Position numbers and translations under genes: made by a program. DNA of 64,000 nucleotides from Clostridia bacterium (lineage in GTDB: Bacteria; Bacillota; Clostridia; Oscillospirales; CAG-272): positions 15,336 through 79,335 of the forward strand of contig JAFTQV010000071.1 in NCBI GenBank assembly GCA_017462605.1. Direction: 5' to 3'. This document shows positions 19,745 to 30,172 of the stretch, one piece after another (position 1 is the first letter of the stretch; every line of letters begins with the position of its first letter). The notes beneath the pieces were generated by a model, which ran no database searches, was not told the origin of the DNA, and was given only the letters and a program-made list of their open reading frames with translations.

Positions 19745-20680
19745 ATGAAAATTGATAAGAATTTTTTTCCGGGCTGGGTAAGAAAGTCCATAACGTTTAC
19801 TATTGATGACGGAGACCTTAAGCTCGATAAGATATTTCTTGACACGGTAAAGCCTTACGGAATTCTCGGCACATTTAATATTCCCACCCTCAAGCTTAAA
19901 GAGCATTCAGCCGATGAGTACAGAGAGATGTACAGAGGCTATGGCATATCAAATCACTGCAAATATCATCCTCTCGCATTTGAGGACGGCGTAGAATACG
20001 ATATATCCGATGATAAATTCGATCCTGCCTCAGCAGATACCTCTAAGCTATATAAAGCAGGTGAGCCGGGCGTCTATAAAAAATTCAGAGAGAATAATCA
20101 AAGGTGGTCAACTATCGCCGATACGGATGCGTATATCGCCCTTGCAAGTGCGAATCTTCAGGAGCTTTACGAGGTTTTTGGCGAAGCAAACGTTCACGGT
20201 TATTGCTGGCCGTATTGCATACAGAAGAACGAAAATGTCGTCCGAGAGGTAAGAGCTATGCACGAATGGGTAAGAGGCTCAGGCTACTCTAAGGACGAAA
20301 GCTACGGAATGCCCAAGGAGAGAGCGGATTGGCACTACACGGCAAACTATAAAAATCTTACGGAAGAAGCGAAAAAATACGAAGCATTTGAGGATGACGG
20401 AGAGCTTAAGTTTTTCTGCTTCGGCGTTCATTCATTTGATTTTGACCGCAACGGATGCTGGAATATCCTCGAGGATTTTGTGAAGAAGTACGGCAACCGC
20501 CCCGAAAATTATTACTATGCCGATATTCATACTATATTTACCTATGAAGATGCTGTAAATGGCATAATCGAAGACGAAGAGGGGATTTATAATCCCTCGG
20601 ATGTTACGGTATATATAAAAGCAGACGGAAAAAGAGTGACTGTCCCTGCGAAGAGCAAAATACTCTTTAAGAACGTATAA
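19745..20680 (+). CDS. hypothetical protein, possibly polysaccharide-deacetylase (NodB)-like
   Basis: Only the weak cue 'ITFTIDDG' near the N-terminus. The gene starts 3 nt after cysE. Confidence 0.4.
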   Translation: MKIDKNFFPGWVRKSITFTIDDGDLKLDKIFLDTVKPYGILGTFNIPTLKLKEHSADEYREMYRGYGISNHCKYHPLAFEDGVEYDISDDKFDPASADTSKLYKAGEPGVYKKFRENNQRWSTIADTDAYIALASANLQELYEVFGEANVHGYCWPYCIQKNENVVREVRAMHEWVRGSGYSKDESYGMPKERADWHYTANYKNLTEEAKKYEAFEDDGELKFFCFGVHSFDFDRNGCWNILEDFVKKYGNRPENYYYADIHTIFTYEDAVNGIIEDEEGIYNPSDVTVYIKADGKRVTVPAKSKILFKNV

Positions 20681-20682
20681 AA

Positions 20683-20735
20683 AATAGCGAAGCTGCCGAT
20701 AGCGGTATAATGACCGCGGTAGCTTCGCTATTTTT
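20683..20735. terminator. bidirectional intrinsic terminator
   Basis: 12-bp stem aatagcgaagct/agcttcgctatt with an A-run before and a T-run after, between convergent genes. Confidence 0.8.
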
Positions 20736-20737
20736 AT

Positions 20738-21502
20738 TTAGTCCTCTTCATCCTCGAGTTTGCCCGCATCAGGGTATCTTCCCTTGAGCTTAAAGCCGTC
20801 GATCTCGGACTTGCACATTGCGTTGAATATTCTGTGCTTGAGTCCTTTGTTGCTTCGTTCAAGCTCTGCGAGAAGATTTTTCATTTTCTCTCTTTCAGTC
20901 GCATGGTCCTCAGGGCAGAGGCTGGTAACAACGGGCAGCTCGCGCCTTCTCGCAAAATATTGCACGTCGCGCTCTGTCGCGTAAATAAGCGGGCGTATGA
21001 GAGTTATCTGCCTGTTGGAAAGGTATGTAACGGGTGAAAAGCAACCAAGTCTGCCTTCAAAGAAAAGATTTAGCATAAAGGTCTCTGTGGCATCGTCAAA
21101 GTGGTGACCGAGAGCAACCTTGTTGCAGCCCATCTCGCATGCCGCCGCATGAAGCGAGCCGCGGCGCATCTTGGCGCAAAGAGAGCAAGGATTTGGCTCT
21201 TTTCTGACGTCAAAAATGATTTTTGCAATATCCGTTTTGACTACTCGGTATTCAACGTTAAGGCCTTTGCAAAATTCTTCGATACGGGAATAATCCGACC
21301 CTTCAAACCCCATGTCAACGGTGATCGCCTTGACCTCGTATTTTTTAGGATAAAACCTGCGCATCTCTGCAAGAGCATTGAGAAGCGCGAGCGAATCCTT
21401 TCCGCCTGATATACCAACTCCAATGACGTCGCCCTCTTCTATCATTCCGTAATCGTCAACGGCGCGTCTGACGAAGCTGAGTAACCTTTTTAGCTCATTC
21501 AT
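20738..21502 (-). CDS. ttcA: tRNA 2-thiocytidine biosynthesis protein TtcA-family PP-loop ATPase
   Basis: PP-loop 'SGGKDS' plus the 'PCSLCAKMRRG' Cys motif. Confidence 0.85.
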   Translation of the reverse strand: MNELKRLLSFVRRAVDDYGMIEEGDVIGVGISGGKDSLALLNALAEMRRFYPKKYEVKAITVDMGFEGSDYSRIEEFCKGLNVEYRVVKTDIAKIIFDVRKEPNPCSLCAKMRRGSLHAAACEMGCNKVALGHHFDDATETFMLNLFFEGRLGCFSPVTYLSNRQITLIRPLIYATERDVQYFARRRELPVVTSLCPEDHATEREKMKNLLAELERSNKGLKHRIFNAMCKSEIDGFKLKGRYPDAGKLEDEED

Positions 21503-21575
21503 GTATCATTAACTCCGAAAAAAACATATAGTGGTAATATAAAATGTTGCCGCTTGAGGCAGAATGGAGACCGTT

Positions 21576-22142
21576 ATGGCATTCAAAATATACGTCGACC
21601 AAGGGCATAATCCTCGCTCTTTTAATACAGGAGCAGAGGGCGGAGGATATTTCGAGCAGGATATAACGTACAGAATAGGTATTATCCTTGCCGATTATCT
21701 GAGATCCGATCCGAACTTTGAGGTCAGGCTTTCCCGCCCAACTCCCGAAACGATACTCGGAACGAGTAATTCGAGCAGTCTGTCCGAAAGGGTAAGAGAC
21801 GCCAATAGCTGGGGCGCAGACCTTTTTGTGTCTCTTCATACAAATGCTTCGGTTACCGCTTCTGCAAACGGATCGGAATGCCTTGTGTATAGCTACTCGG
21901 CGACCGATGCAGTCTTAGCCGCGGAAAATATCCTCGATCAGCTGACCTTGATTACAGGACTCAGAGACAGAGGAATAATAGAGCGACCGGGACTGTACGT
22001 GCTGAGAAGAACGGCAATGCCCGCGGTGGTGGTAGAAATGGGCTTTATAACCAATGCGAGCGACCGTGAGCTTATGGTGAACTCTCCTAATCTTTTTGCT
22101 CTCGGCGTATATCGCGGAATAGTCAACTATTACGGTCTTTAA
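21576..22142 (+). CDS. N-acetylmuramoyl-L-alanine amidase (Amidase_3 family)
   Basis: 'VDQGHN', 'ERV..AN..GADLFVSLHTNA' and 'PAVVVEMGFITN'. The start was set at ATG 21576, which has GGAG 6 nt upstream. Confidence 0.8.
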   Translation: MAFKIYVDQGHNPRSFNTGAEGGGYFEQDITYRIGIILADYLRSDPNFEVRLSRPTPETILGTSNSSSLSERVRDANSWGADLFVSLHTNASVTASANGSECLVYSYSATDAVLAAENILDQLTLITGLRDRGIIERPGLYVLRRTAMPAVVVEMGFITNASDRELMVNSPNLFALGVYRGIVNYYGL

Positions 22143-22798
22143 GTAAGCTTGACAGAGGTGACCTCTGTGACGTAGTCCTCTGCGGCAGAGGGTGAGAGAG
22201 CGGGGAAAAATTTTGTCGCGCCGCACTCAGGGCAAAATACCTGAATGCCGCCCGGCGCATACCTGAGATCGTAGGATCCGCTATGGCAGGGGCAGTCAAC
22301 CTTTCCTTCCGCTTCGAGATCCTTTATCATAAATCTGATTATATCGTACGCCATAGGGTCAACGAGAGCGTCCTCTTCGTCAACGTCGATAGGCTGTATA
22401 TCAGAAAGCTCCTCGCCGCCCATATTTGATATGATCTGCCTTAAGGATCTTTCGTTTTCTTCCAAAAGACCGTCTATCTTTTCCTTATCGCCGATAAAAG
22501 CGATATCAACGTTTGCGTACGGGCAGTTAAAGGAGAATACGTCTCTATCGAAGAAGATCGAAGGAGATATAACGAATGAATGAGTATCCTTGCAAAGCAC
22601 GCAAGGAACTGTAAGCTTCAGTTTATTATCAGCGGTTTTTGAAATATCGAGCGAAGCTTCGCCGCAGCTGCACTTCAATCTTAGCATCTCATATCCGAGA
22701 GCAAATTCTCCAACAAGTCCGAAAATTGCAGATCCGCATTCAGGGCATCTATACGCAATATGCGTAGCTTTCTTTACATTTGACATAGTTTTCTCCAA
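22139..22798 (-). CDS. hypothetical zinc-ribbon protein
   Basis: CPECG...CSCG at the N-terminus and CPCH...CPECG at the C-terminus. Its stop overlaps the amidase stop (shared TTAA). Confidence 0.55.
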   Translation of the reverse strand: MEKTMSNVKKATHIAYRCPECGSAIFGLVGEFALGYEMLRLKCSCGEASLDISKTADNKLKLTVPCVLCKDTHSFVISPSIFFDRDVFSFNCPYANVDIAFIGDKEKIDGLLEENERSLRQIISNMGGEELSDIQPIDVDEEDALVDPMAYDIIRFMIKDLEAEGKVDCPCHSGSYDLRYAPGGIQVFCPECGATKFFPALSPSAAEDYVTEVTSVKLT

Positions 22799-22805
22799 TT
22801 CAGTC

Positions 22806-23348
22806 TTAATCCTTCATAATAGAGCGAGAGATTTTTTCAGCTGCTTCTTTTGATGCCAAAAGAGCAACAAGCTCGCAAGCGAAGGGAAGAGCAACCCCCA
22901 TTCCGCGAGCCGTGGTTATGTTCCCATCGGTCACAACACCGTCAAAGATCACCTCAGCTCCCGTAAGCTCGTCTTCAAAGCCGGGATAGCAAACTGCCTT
23001 TTTTCCTCGAAGCAGACCTCTTCTGCCAAGCACGAGTGGCGCGGCGCATATGGCGGCAATTCTGCCGCCCTTTTCAGTTACCGCATTTATTATCCTGTCC
23101 GTAAATTCAGCGCTGTCAAGATTGGTCGCTCCGGGCATTCCGCCGGGGAGTATAACGGCATCGTAGTCGTTCGGCTCGGCCTCACTGTCGCATATGTCGG
23201 CTATTACCGTAATACCGTGCGCTCCCGAGATGTCTTTTTTACCTATTCCGACCGTATCTACCGAAAGGCCTGCGCGTCTTAGCATATCAAGAGGAGTGAG
23301 CGCCTCTATCTCCTCAAATCCGTCTGCAAGTAATAATGCAATTTTCAT
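22806..23348 (-). CDS. DJ-1/PfpI family protein (YajL/ThiJ-like)
   Basis: 'ILPGG' and the nucleophile-elbow 'IAAICAAP'. Confidence 0.85.
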   Translation of the reverse strand: MKIALLLADGFEEIEALTPLDMLRRAGLSVDTVGIGKKDISGAHGITVIADICDSEAEPNDYDAVILPGGMPGATNLDSAEFTDRIINAVTEKGGRIAAICAAPLVLGRRGLLRGKKAVCYPGFEDELTGAEVIFDGVVTDGNITTARGMGVALPFACELVALLASKEAAEKISRSIMKD

Positions 23349-23364
23349 AAAATTTTCCCTTTAC

Positions 23365-26300
23365 TTAATCATCATCGGTAAGCCGCGCGAGTTTCTCGTG
23401 CCATTCGTCCATATCGATAAGAACCTCTCTCGGCTTAGAACCGTTCTTTTCTCCGACTATTCCGAGATCTTCCATAACGTCGATATAGCGAGCTGCTTTG
23501 CCGAATCCTATACTGAATTTTCTTTGAAGGAATGAAGTTGCGATACTGCCGTTCTTAATAGCAAGCTCAACGGCGGCGCGGAACTTTCTGTCATAAAGAT
23601 ATCCCGAGGAAGAGCTTTCAGAATCGTCATCAAAGCCCTCGTCGTCATTCTTGCTCTTATCGCACTTCTGCGCTGCCTTCTTCATATCCTCGAGCGCCTG
23701 CTCGTCGTACGTCTCGCCGTCTACCTGCGCTCTGATGAAATCAACGATCTTTTCGGTCTCTCCTTCGGAGACGAAAGCGCCCTGAACTCTCTTGGGGTTG
23801 GGCTTTCCGCCGGGGGCAACGAGCATATCGCCCTTACCGATAAGCTTTTCCGCTCCGGTCTGCTCGAGTATCGTTCTTGAGTCAACGCCCGAGGAAACCT
23901 TGCAGGCTATTCTTGATGGGATATTTGCTTTAATGACACCGGTAATAACGTTTACCGAAGGTCTCTGAGTACCGATCACGAGGTGTATTCCCGCGGCTCT
24001 CGCCTTCTGAGCGATAAGCATAATAAGGTTCTCAACAGGATCTCTGACCTGAAGCATAAGATCGTTAAGCTCGTCTATAAATATAACTATTTTGGGGAGC
24101 GGAGCGCCAAGCTCGGGATAATCCTTCACCTTTGTATTATACGAATCGATCGTCTTGACGGAAAGCTCCTTAATAACGTTGTATCGTCTGTTCATCTCGT
24201 CAACCGCCCAGAGAAGTGCGCCTGCCGCCTGCTTGGGATCCGTAACGACGGGGACAAGCAGATGAGGAATGCCGTTATAGGGCGCAAACTCAACCATCTT
24301 CGGGTCGATCATTATGAATTTGACTTCATCGGGCTTTGCCTTGTAGAGCATACTCGTTATAAGTGAGTTGATACAAACAGACTTACCCATACCGGTAGCT
24401 CCGGCTATAAGAAGGTGAGGCATATTGGAAATATCGTCAAAGATAAGCGCGCCTTCAACGCTCTTACCGATACATACGGTAGTCTTTGATTCCGCATTGA
24501 CGAACTCATCCGACTCAAGAAGCTCTCTTAAGGAAACGAGAGAAGGCACCTTGTTGGGCACCTCAACGCCGACTGCGCTCTTTCCGGGTATAGGAGCTTC
24601 AATACGGATAGACTCCGCTTCCATCGCAAGAGCAAGGTCGTCCGAAAGCTTTTCGATCTGATTTACTCGTACGCCCTTGGCGGGGACTATTGAATATCTT
24701 GTGATTCTCGGGCCTCTTTCTATACCTCTGACAGTCGCCCTTATACCGAAGGATTCAAGAGTGTTGATAAGTCTTTCGGAGCCGAAATTAAGCTCATCCT
24801 GGACCTTGGTAAGATCCTCTGACTTTCCGGGCTTAAGAAGATCGAGCGGCGGGAATTTATACTTTGAATAGTCCTGAGGCTTCTTTTTTGCGGGAGTCTT
24901 TTCCTTTTGCACCTTTACACCCGAAGAGGTATCGAAGGGCGGCTCATCATCGTCTTCGTCAAACGGGGGCTCATCCTCACCGTCGTCGGAGAATGGAATA
25001 TCGCTATCGTCATCCTCATTGTCAGGCTCAGCCGCAACGGATGGTTTAGGTTCTTCGTTTCCGCTATCCGCATCAAAGCAATTGAAGTACTTGCGGTATT
25101 CGTCCAGCTTAGGGTTTCTTTCCTCAAGAGGTATTTCCTCTTTGTGAATAACAGGTTCTTCGCCGCCCGAAAGATCATCTTCGCCGTCATCCTCATCGTC
25201 CTCATCAAATGGATCGTAATCGGGAGGCTCCGGCTTGAAATCATCTCTTATCGGAATATCGGTCTCGAAATCCAAAAGATTACTTTTGTCCTTTTCTATC
25301 GTGGAATTACCATGAACATCATCGCTTATGTCAAGCGTAAGCTCAGGCGTAAGAATATTTCTCGTCACACGCAGTGTGTCCGATCCGCTGTCAGCCGCGG
25401 CGTATGAGGTTGCTCTGGGCTCATCTATCGGAGCGGAATTATCCGCGTCTATGGCGTCTTCGGAAGGATCGGGAGTACCGTATGATGCTCTATCGGGTTC
25501 TTTTGTATAAGTGATAGGCTCATTGACGCCGGGAGTTGGCTCGGTGTCGAGAATCCTCGGCTCATCGCTTGCATGGGGAGCGCCGAAAATATATTCAACG
25601 GGACCGGTCGTAGCGGTATAAGACGTATTTTGGGGTGCTTTTTCCTTTGGCTCGGCGGAGATCTTCGGCGTCTCGGGCTCGGAATTGCCTTCCGCAGTAT
25701 CTCTGACGTACATATATCTTGATGCCGTAGCCGCTCGCTTTGCGTCCTCTTGACGCCTTGCTTCCTCGGAAAGTCTCGCTTCTTCTTTCAGGCGAGCCTC
25801 TTCGGCAAGCCTTGCTTCTTCTCTCAGGCGAGCTTCTTCCGCAAGTCTCGCTTCCTCTCTCAGTCGAGCCTCTTCTGCGACCCTTGCTTCTTCTCTGATT
25901 CGAGCCTCTTCGGCAAGTCTTGCATCCTCAGCGCGCTTTGCGTCTCTTCGCCTGAGTGCTGCCTGCCTTGCTTCCTCAAATTGCTGAAGCCTTCTCTGGC
26001 GTTCAAGCTGCTCGGGAGTAAGATCGGAGATATATTCGGAATATCCCCCCTTATCTGTTGCATCCGCAAATGACGAAGCCTTGCCTTTTTGCTTTTCGTT
26101 CATCGCGAGATCATACGGATCAAAATCCTTGGTGAATATGGCATCCGCGGAATCGTCAAGACCGAAGTCTTTAAGAGTCTCATGCTTAGACGTGTCCTTC
26201 GGTTCATCAAAGCTTCTTGGGGTATCTGCCGTTTTATCCGCAAAATCGGTATCGGCAGAATTGAAGGGAGTGCCACCTGTGGGCGGAGCTGCCGTATCCT

Positions 26301-27186
26301 TTGCCGCGCCGTCCTCTTCGTCGCGTATAACGGTAGTGCGAAGCGTAGCCGCGCCGCCGCTTATACTGAGTTTTGTTTCCTTTATTCCAAGCTCGGGTAT
26401 GACAAGCTCGCTGACGCCGTTGTCGGCAGAGAAGAAGGTGTCGTGATAAAGATCGCGGTTCTTCTTATCATCCTCTGCTATATCGCGCTTGCGCTTGTCC
26501 TCACTGTCCTTTCTTTTCTTTTCGGCAGCTCTTTCCTCAAGCTCAGCTCCGAAGCTTGCAAGCTTTCCGAGCTTTTCAAGGAAGAAACGCCTTACCTTGG
26601 AATTCTTATCCGAAACGAAATAAATAACGGTTACCGCAATAACGACTGCGATAAGGATGAAAAGACCGGGCTTACCAATAAGATACGTCACGCCGCAAGA
26701 GATAGCGCTGCCGACGAATCCTCCGCCGATACGCTTGGTACCGTTTTCATAAAATCCTTTAGCATCGAAAACAAATTCAGACGTTATATTGGGAATAATA
26801 TAAGCGATCTCGGAAAGAGTAATGAGTATCAGAAGAGAAAAGAATATCTTCGGTATAAGTCTTCCTCTTTTTATATCGTCGCCGAAGGTCAGCGCGTGTA
26901 TTACTACGAGAACTGGAATTGCGTACGCCATATAGGAAAATAGACCTAACAGAGCGTTTGAAATAAAACTGCCGAATTTACCCGTGTCTCCCGTTATAAA
27001 GCAAAGAGTAATAAAAGCGGCTATACCGAAAAGCACAACGGGTACGCTGCGGTAAAGTCCCGTTCTATCCTTCTGAGGCTTGGGCTTTTTTACCTCTGCC
27101 TCGCCCGCATCTGCGCTGATCTGCGTAGGCTCTTTTTCCGGTGCTGATTTTGATTTTTTATGCTTATCTTTCTTTTTTAAAGCCAA
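23365..27186 (-). CDS. ftsK: DNA translocase FtsK/SpoIIIE with a very long low-complexity linker
   Basis: N-terminal TM helices, a ~550-aa acidic/repetitive linker, the motor domain 'LLIAGATGMGKSV' and 'IVIFIDELNDL', and a gamma wHTH at the C-terminus. Confidence 0.9.
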   Translation of the reverse strand: MALKKKDKHKKSKSAPEKEPTQISADAGEAEVKKPKPQKDRTGLYRSVPVVLFGIAAFITLCFITGDTGKFGSFISNALLGLFSYMAYAIPVLVVIHALTFGDDIKRGRLIPKIFFSLLILITLSEIAYIIPNITSEFVFDAKGFYENGTKRIGGGFVGSAISCGVTYLIGKPGLFILIAVVIAVTVIYFVSDKNSKVRRFFLEKLGKLASFGAELEERAAEKKRKDSEDKRKRDIAEDDKKNRDLYHDTFFSADNGVSELVIPELGIKETKLSISGGAATLRTTVIRDEEDGAAKDTAAPPTGGTPFNSADTDFADKTADTPRSFDEPKDTSKHETLKDFGLDDSADAIFTKDFDPYDLAMNEKQKGKASSFADATDKGGYSEYISDLTPEQLERQRRLQQFEEARQAALRRRDAKRAEDARLAEEARIREEARVAEEARLREEARLAEEARLREEARLAEEARLKEEARLSEEARRQEDAKRAATASRYMYVRDTAEGNSEPETPKISAEPKEKAPQNTSYTATTGPVEYIFGAPHASDEPRILDTEPTPGVNEPITYTKEPDRASYGTPDPSEDAIDADNSAPIDEPRATSYAAADSGSDTLRVTRNILTPELTLDISDDVHGNSTIEKDKSNLLDFETDIPIRDDFKPEPPDYDPFDEDDEDDGEDDLSGGEEPVIHKEEIPLEERNPKLDEYRKYFNCFDADSGNEEPKPSVAAEPDNEDDDSDIPFSDDGEDEPPFDEDDDEPPFDTSSGVKVQKEKTPAKKKPQDYSKYKFPPLDLLKPGKSEDLTKVQDELNFGSERLINTLESFGIRATVRGIERGPRITRYSIVPAKGVRVNQIEKLSDDLALAMEAESIRIEAPIPGKSAVGVEVPNKVPSLVSLRELLESDEFVNAESKTTVCIGKSVEGALIFDDISNMPHLLIAGATGMGKSVCINSLITSMLYKAKPDEVKFIMIDPKMVEFAPYNGIPHLLVPVVTDPKQAAGALLWAVDEMNRRYNVIKELSVKTIDSYNTKVKDYPELGAPLPKIVIFIDELNDLMLQVRDPVENLIMLIAQKARAAGIHLVIGTQRPSVNVITGVIKANIPSRIACKVSSGVDSRTILEQTGAEKLIGKGDMLVAPGGKPNPKRVQGAFVSEGETEKIVDFIRAQVDGETYDEQALEDMKKAAQKCDKSKNDDEGFDDDSESSSSGYLYDRKFRAAVELAIKNGSIATSFLQRKFSIGFGKAARYIDVMEDLGIVGEKNGSKPREVLIDMDEWHEKLARLTDDD
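25755..25940 (-). repeat. in-frame 18/36-bp tandem repeat encoding (EEARLx)n in the FtsK linker
   Basis: The protein reads AEDARLAEEARIREEARVAEEARLREEARLAEEARLREEARLAEEARLKEEARLSEEARR. Confidence 0.85.
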
Positions 27187-27328
27187 TTTAAAGATCCTCC
27201 GTTGTTGATGTCTTGTCTGGAGCTATAATTATCCACTATTTATCATAACAAATTTTTCTAAAAAATACAAGTCCTTGTATTAAAAAATTAAAAATATAAT
27301 TAAATTTTTATAATATGCTTTTTTATAC

Positions 27329-27357
27329 TTGAAATAATTGCTAAAATGTGTTATACT
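27329..27357 (+). promoter_or_regulatory. sigma-A promoter of glyA-cysS
   Basis: TTGAAA (27329-27334), 17 nt, tgtTATACT (27352-27357). The leader is only ~26 nt. Confidence 0.7.
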
Positions 27358-27389
27358 GACTTTAATTAAAAAGAATAAGGAGAAAAACC

Positions 27390-28634
27390 ATGATCGATTA
27401 TCCTCTCTTGAAAGCTAATGACAAGGAGCTTTACGATGCCGTTATGCTCGAGGCTACCCGCCAGAAGAATAAGATAGAGCTTATCGCTTCCGAAAATTTT
27501 GTCACGGAAACAGTTATGGAGGCGAGCCGTACTATTCTCACTAATAAGTACGCCGAGGGCTATCCCGGGCGCAGATACTACGGCGGCTGTGAATACGTCG
27601 ATATGGTAGAAACCATAGCTATTGAAAGAGCCAAAAAGCTCTTTGGAGCAGGGTATGCCAACGTGCAGCCTCATTCGGGCGCGCAGGCTAATATGGCTGT
27701 TTTTTATGCTCTCCTTACGCCCGGAGATACCGTCCTTTCGATGAATCTTGCGCACGGCGGTCATCTTTCTCACGGATCTCCCGTGAATATGTCGGGTAAA
27801 TATTGGAATATCGTCCCTTACGGAGTAAGTGAGGGAAGTGAAACGATAGATTACGACGAGGTGCGCCGTCTTGCGCTTGAATGCCGCCCGAAGCTTATTC
27901 TGGCGGGCGCATCTGCTTATTCGAGAGTTATAGATTTTGAGAAATTCTCGGCAATAGCAAAAGAGGTCGGAGCTTATCTTATGGTAGACATGGCTCACAT
28001 TGCAGGCCTTGTTGCCGCAGGGCTTCATCCGTCACCTGTTCCTTTTGCGGACGTTACTACGACTACAACTCATAAGACTCTCCGCGGTCCGAGAGGCGGT
28101 CTTATTCTTACCAATGATGAAGAGCTTGCAAAAAGAATAAATAAAGCGATATTCCCCGGCACTCAGGGCGGTCCCTTGATGCATACGATCGCGGCTAAGG
28201 CGGTCTGCTTCGGCGAGGCTCTCAAGCCCGAATTCAAGACTTATGCAGCGAGAATAATAGAGAATACGGCTGCTTTGGCTGAAGGCCTTGTTAAAAACGG
28301 ATTTCGTCTCGTCTCGGGCGGAACTGATAATCACCTTCTTTTGGTCGATCTTTCCGAAATGCCCGTATCAACCGGTAAGGAAGCCGAGCATCTTCTTGAC
28401 GAGGTGGGTATCACCTGCAATAAGAATGCTATCCCTTACGATAAAACGACACCGTTTATCACAAGCGGAATACGCCTCGGCTCTGCCGCTGTTACCACTC
28501 GCGGATTTAAGAAGGACGATATGTACGAGGTCGCCGAGCTTATAGCTCTCACTCTTAAAGATTTCGAGAAGAATGCCGAAGAGGTTCGCGTAAGAGTTGC
28601 GGCTCTTTGCAAGAAATATCCGCTTTACGAATAA
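27390..28634 (+). CDS. glyA: serine hydroxymethyltransferase
   Basis: 'LIASENF', '[15 protein letters not shown]' and the PLP-lysine motif '[14 protein letters not shown]'. Confidence 0.95.
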   Translation: MIDYPLLKANDKELYDAVMLEATRQKNKIELIASENFVTETVMEASRTILTNKYAEGYPGRRYYGGCEYVDMVETIAIERAKKLFGAGYANVQPHSGAQANMAVFYALLTPGDTVLSMNLAHGGHLSHGSPVNMSGKYWNIVPYGVSEGSETIDYDEVRRLALECRPKLILAGASAYSRVIDFEKFSAIAKEVGAYLMVDMAHIAGLVAAGLHPSPVPFADVTTTTTHKTLRGPRGGLILTNDEELAKRINKAIFPGTQGGPLMHTIAAKAVCFGEALKPEFKTYAARIIENTAALAEGLVKNGFRLVSGGTDNHLLLVDLSEMPVSTGKEAEHLLDEVGITCNKNAIPYDKTTPFITSGIRLGSAAVTTRGFKKDDMYEVAELIALTLKDFEKNAEEVRVRVAALCKKYPLYE

Positions 28635-28663
28635 AAATCATATAGACAACGAAAGGCATAAAA

Positions 28664-30097
28664 ATGCGTCTTTACAATTCATTATCAAGAGAAAAAGAAG
28701 AATTCATACCGAGATTTGAGGGCAAGGTATCGATGTATACCTGCGGACCCACGGTCTATCATTTTGCGCACATAGGTAATTTGCGCTCATATATTATGGA
28801 AGACGTGCTCGAGAAGTATCTCAGATACGTTGGATATGACGTCACGCGCGTAATGAACATAACTGACGTCGGTCATCTGACAAGCGATGCGGACACGGGC
28901 GAGGATAAGATGCTCAAGGGCGCGAAGCGCGAGCATAAGACGGTTATGGAGATAGCTAAGTTCTATACCGATGCTTTCTTTGCCGACTGCAAGAAGCTTA
29001 ATATTAAAACACCCGACGTTGTTGAGCCTGCTACCGGCTGCGTTCCCGAATTTATTGATATGATAAAAACTCTTCTTGATAAGGGTTATGCCTATGAAGC
29101 GGGCGGCAACATATATTTTGACACATCAAAGCTCGATAAGTATTACGTTTTCAACGATTTTACAGAAGAAGACCTTGACGTTGGAGTAAGAGAAACCGTT
29201 GAGGCGGACGCCAATAAGAAGAATAAGGCGGATTTCGTCCTTTGGTTCACCAAATCCAAGTTTGACGACCAGGAGCTTAAATGGGATTCTCCCTTTGGAC
29301 TCGGATATCCCGGATGGCACATTGAATGCTCCTGCATTGCAAGAAAGCATCTCGGCGAATATCTTGACCTTCATTGCGGCGGTATAGACAATGCATTTCC
29401 TCATCATACAAACGAGATCGCGCAGAGCGAATCTACCTTCGGTCACGAATGGTGCAAGTATTGGTTCCACGTTCATCATCTTAACACTCTCGGCGGAAAG
29501 ATGAGTAAATCCAAGGGCGAATTTCTGACGGTCTCTCTCCTCGAAGAAAAGGGCTTTGATCCTATGGTATACCGTATGTTCTGCCTTGGCTCGCATTACA
29601 GAAAGAATCTTGTTTTCTCTTGGGAAAACCTCGAAAATGCAAAAACCGCGTATGAGAAGCTCGTAGCTAAGATATCGTCGCTTAAGGAAGATCCCGAAGG
29701 CGCGATCGACTCTGAAGCTTTTGCGCAAGGTCGCGAAAAGTTCAAGTCCGCGCTTGACAACGATCTTAATACCTCTCTTGCCGTAACCGCGATTTACGAC
29801 GTGCTTAAGCTTAAGACCAACGATAATACAAAGCTTGCTCTTATCGAGGATTTCGATAAGGTCCTCGGACTCGATCTTATAGCGCACGCGAAGGATTACG
29901 CCGTTCAGAATGATACTGAGCCCGCATCGGAAGCGTCCGATGAGTTTATCGCGTACATCAACGAAAAGATCCAGGAGCGCGCAGCGGCTAAGCGCGAGCG
30001 CAATTTTGCCCTTGCAGATGCAATACGTAATGAGCTTCTCGAAAAGGGTGTCACTCTCGTTGATAAGAGAGAGGGAACAGAGTTTATAATCAACTAA
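28664..30097 (+). CDS. cysS: cysteine--tRNA ligase
   Basis: HIGH-type 'HFAHIGN' and 'KMSKSKG', plus the Zn-ligand context 'GWHIECS'. Confidence 0.95.
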   Translation: MRLYNSLSREKEEFIPRFEGKVSMYTCGPTVYHFAHIGNLRSYIMEDVLEKYLRYVGYDVTRVMNITDVGHLTSDADTGEDKMLKGAKREHKTVMEIAKFYTDAFFADCKKLNIKTPDVVEPATGCVPEFIDMIKTLLDKGYAYEAGGNIYFDTSKLDKYYVFNDFTEEDLDVGVRETVEADANKKNKADFVLWFTKSKFDDQELKWDSPFGLGYPGWHIECSCIARKHLGEYLDLHCGGIDNAFPHHTNEIAQSESTFGHEWCKYWFHVHHLNTLGGKMSKSKGEFLTVSLLEEKGFDPMVYRMFCLGSHYRKNLVFSWENLENAKTAYEKLVAKISSLKEDPEGAIDSEAFAQGREKFKSALDNDLNTSLAVTAIYDVLKLKTNDNTKLALIEDFDKVLGLDLIAHAKDYAVQNDTEPASEASDEFIAYINEKIQERAAAKRERNFALADAIRNELLEKGVTLVDKREGTEFIIN

Positions 30098-30106
30098 GAC
30101 GTATTC

Positions 30107-30150
30107 ACCTCGGTCTTAAGGCTTTCCTTTGCCAATGGACCGAGGTTTTA
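30107..30150 (+). terminator. probable intrinsic terminator after cysS
   Basis: 9-bp stem acctcggtc/gaccgaggt followed by a short T-tract. Confidence 0.5.
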
Positions 30151-30172
30151 CCGAAAGAAAGGAGCCGTTTCA

